From the NCBI GenBank assembly GCA_010909165.1, contig MU008206.1:186001-250000 (forward strand): 64,000 bases of DNA, written 5' to 3'. The notes under the pieces were generated by a model. That model ran no database searches. It was given only the letters and a program-made list of their open reading frames with translations, and was not told the origin of the DNA. A program made the position numbers and the translations under genes. This document shows positions 62,535-64,000 of the stretch, piece after piece. Numbering within the stretch: the first letter of the stretch is position 1; every line of letters begins with the position of its first letter. This stretch comes from Anthoceros angustus (lineage: Eukaryota; Plantae; Anthocerotophyta).

Positions 62535-64000
62535 TGTTAGTTACATCCCCGTTTAGTGCGACCATCTTAACACGAACACGGCACTCTCTCTTCCCACCTC
62601 ACCCTTCCGGGTACACCTCTCTCACAAGCTATGGCGCGACTTTTGCTGACGGCCAGCCGGGCGCGCACAATCCCGTGTCGTTGTAGGAAGGAGTCCGTTC
62701 CCAAGGGAATGATAGGCTCCGTTTGCCGCGTTTCAGACGATTCTCACTTCACTTTGCGTCCATTCAGTCTCAACGCACATTCATCAGTTCGCATCTAACT
62801 ACTCGCAACGTTCACCGCACAGGCCCGGTGTGGCCAAACGTTTAAGGACCTGTCGTCTTCGCTCACACGTCACTCGCACCTCTAGTCCGTTCCTCTCCAC
62901 TCACACTACACTTATCGGTCTTAGGGAAAGACGGGTTACAGCCCGACCTCCTCCTTCTTGCTCGGCCTTCCGTCCGGGCTCTACGCCCTCCGAGTCCCTC
63001 CGGCCACACGCCCGTCCGCTCGGCGCCGGGCCGCGCTCGACGAGCACGGGTCCCCAGTCACCCTTCCCTGCACACACCACAACACGTTAGGTCCGTCACG
63101 GAACCTTGATCAATCTCTCCGGAGCTGTCGTGCCTGTTCAGTGACTCAGGACTCACGTTAGCAAGAAGACACACAAAGTGCAGAGCGGCATCAACACCAA
63201 GAAAGATGATTTATTGAGCTGACCCTCTTATACTACGCCCAAGTCGGCGCCTTTATTACACCCCCTATTCTGAGCTGATGGCCAGCTCAGTATACCCTAA
63301 TCGGCCGCCTACCATCCTATTTCCTCCTATCTCCTTCGTCGGCGGTGGGGCTGGGAAGGTCCCGGGTTCCGCCTTGGGATTGGTGGTCCAATCTCCCGTC
63401 TGATTCGGCGCGCAATCGGATGATCCGCGAGGCGGACCTCCTTCTCCCGAACTCCGCCAGTTACACGGCGGCGGTCGACGACCGCCACTACACAACGCCC
63501 TCCCCTCGGCCTCCCGTGGGTCCCCTCGGTGGGGCCACGCTATCTGCTCCCCTAGCGTAAGTCGAAGGGGCTCCTCCTCATCGCCGAGTCCCGACCTCGA
63601 GGTCCGGTCTCGACTCCGGAGTCTGAACTCCAGGAGTCCGTCTTATTTCCTGAGTCCGGTCGGCTGGGTCGGCCTCGTCTGAGGTTCGGACCTCGAGGTC
63701 CCACACACCACGTTAGGTCCGGTCCCCAAGCTCCGGACCCCTTATCTGTGGACCTCGTACTGCTAGGTCCTCATCCCTACCCCCCGACCCTTGTCTTGGG
63801 TCGGGTTGGCTCCTCGCCCCTTTGGGCCGCCTCCCTTCTCCCGGCGGGTTGCGGTGAACTTACCCCCGAGGTTCAAGGCCTCGCCTCCTTGAGGCTCTTC
63901 TCCCCATTGCCGTCGTCTCCAAACAGGGCCACTAGAGTCCCCGTGCTGTCCCCATGCCCTTCTTCCCCTCTGAGCCTTCCAGGGTCCGCCTATTTTACCG
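62535..64000 (-). mobile_element. Probable LTR retrotransposon 3' end inserted into the CACTA (LTR about 62535-63260)
   Basis: On the minus strand a purine tract GAATAGGGGG is directly followed by TGTAAT at 63260, and CACTA homology ends near 62510. The left LTR boundary is approximate. Confidence 0.5.

Noticed and set aside
1-64000. tRNA, rRNA or other ncRNA genes
   Set aside because: None were recognisable by eye. A covariance-model scan would be needed to exclude them.

Overview
This is a eukaryotic plant-type nuclear window: TTTAGGG telomere motif, GT-AG introns of about 80-130 nt, and dense genes. A bryophyte such as a hornwort, or a streptophyte alga, is inferred but not shown. It falls into three blocks. 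(1) 1-19.8 kb is transposon-rich: a decayed Ty1/copia, a MULE relic, a LINE 3' relic, CACTA right ends with minisatellites, a degenerate TTTAGGG array, and an RLE-type (CRE/SLACS-like) non-LTR retrotransposon that stops at a perfect (CCCTAAA)8 tract. (2) 20.4-54.1 kb is gene-dense: mitochondrial GrpE, TEX261/Svp26, F-box/kelch, ARL1, SPC25, a putative thylakoid-lumen protein, an intron-rich Cache-HAMP hybrid histidine kinase, a conserved unknown protein, cathepsin B with a 5-nt microexon, a stand-alone gypsy gag, and a multi-ubiquitin-like protein. (3) 54.9-64 kb is transposon-rich again: two more RLE-LINE relics, a CACTA with an antisense ORF, and an LTR element. The best leads are the retrotransposon-telomere junction at the TE/gene boundary, the Arc-like solo gag and the non-canonical histidine kinase. 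Frequent 1-bp indels and six near-identical local duplications suggest a noisy long-read assembly, so frameshifts and duplications need read-level confirmation. All family calls come from motif recognition, not database searches.
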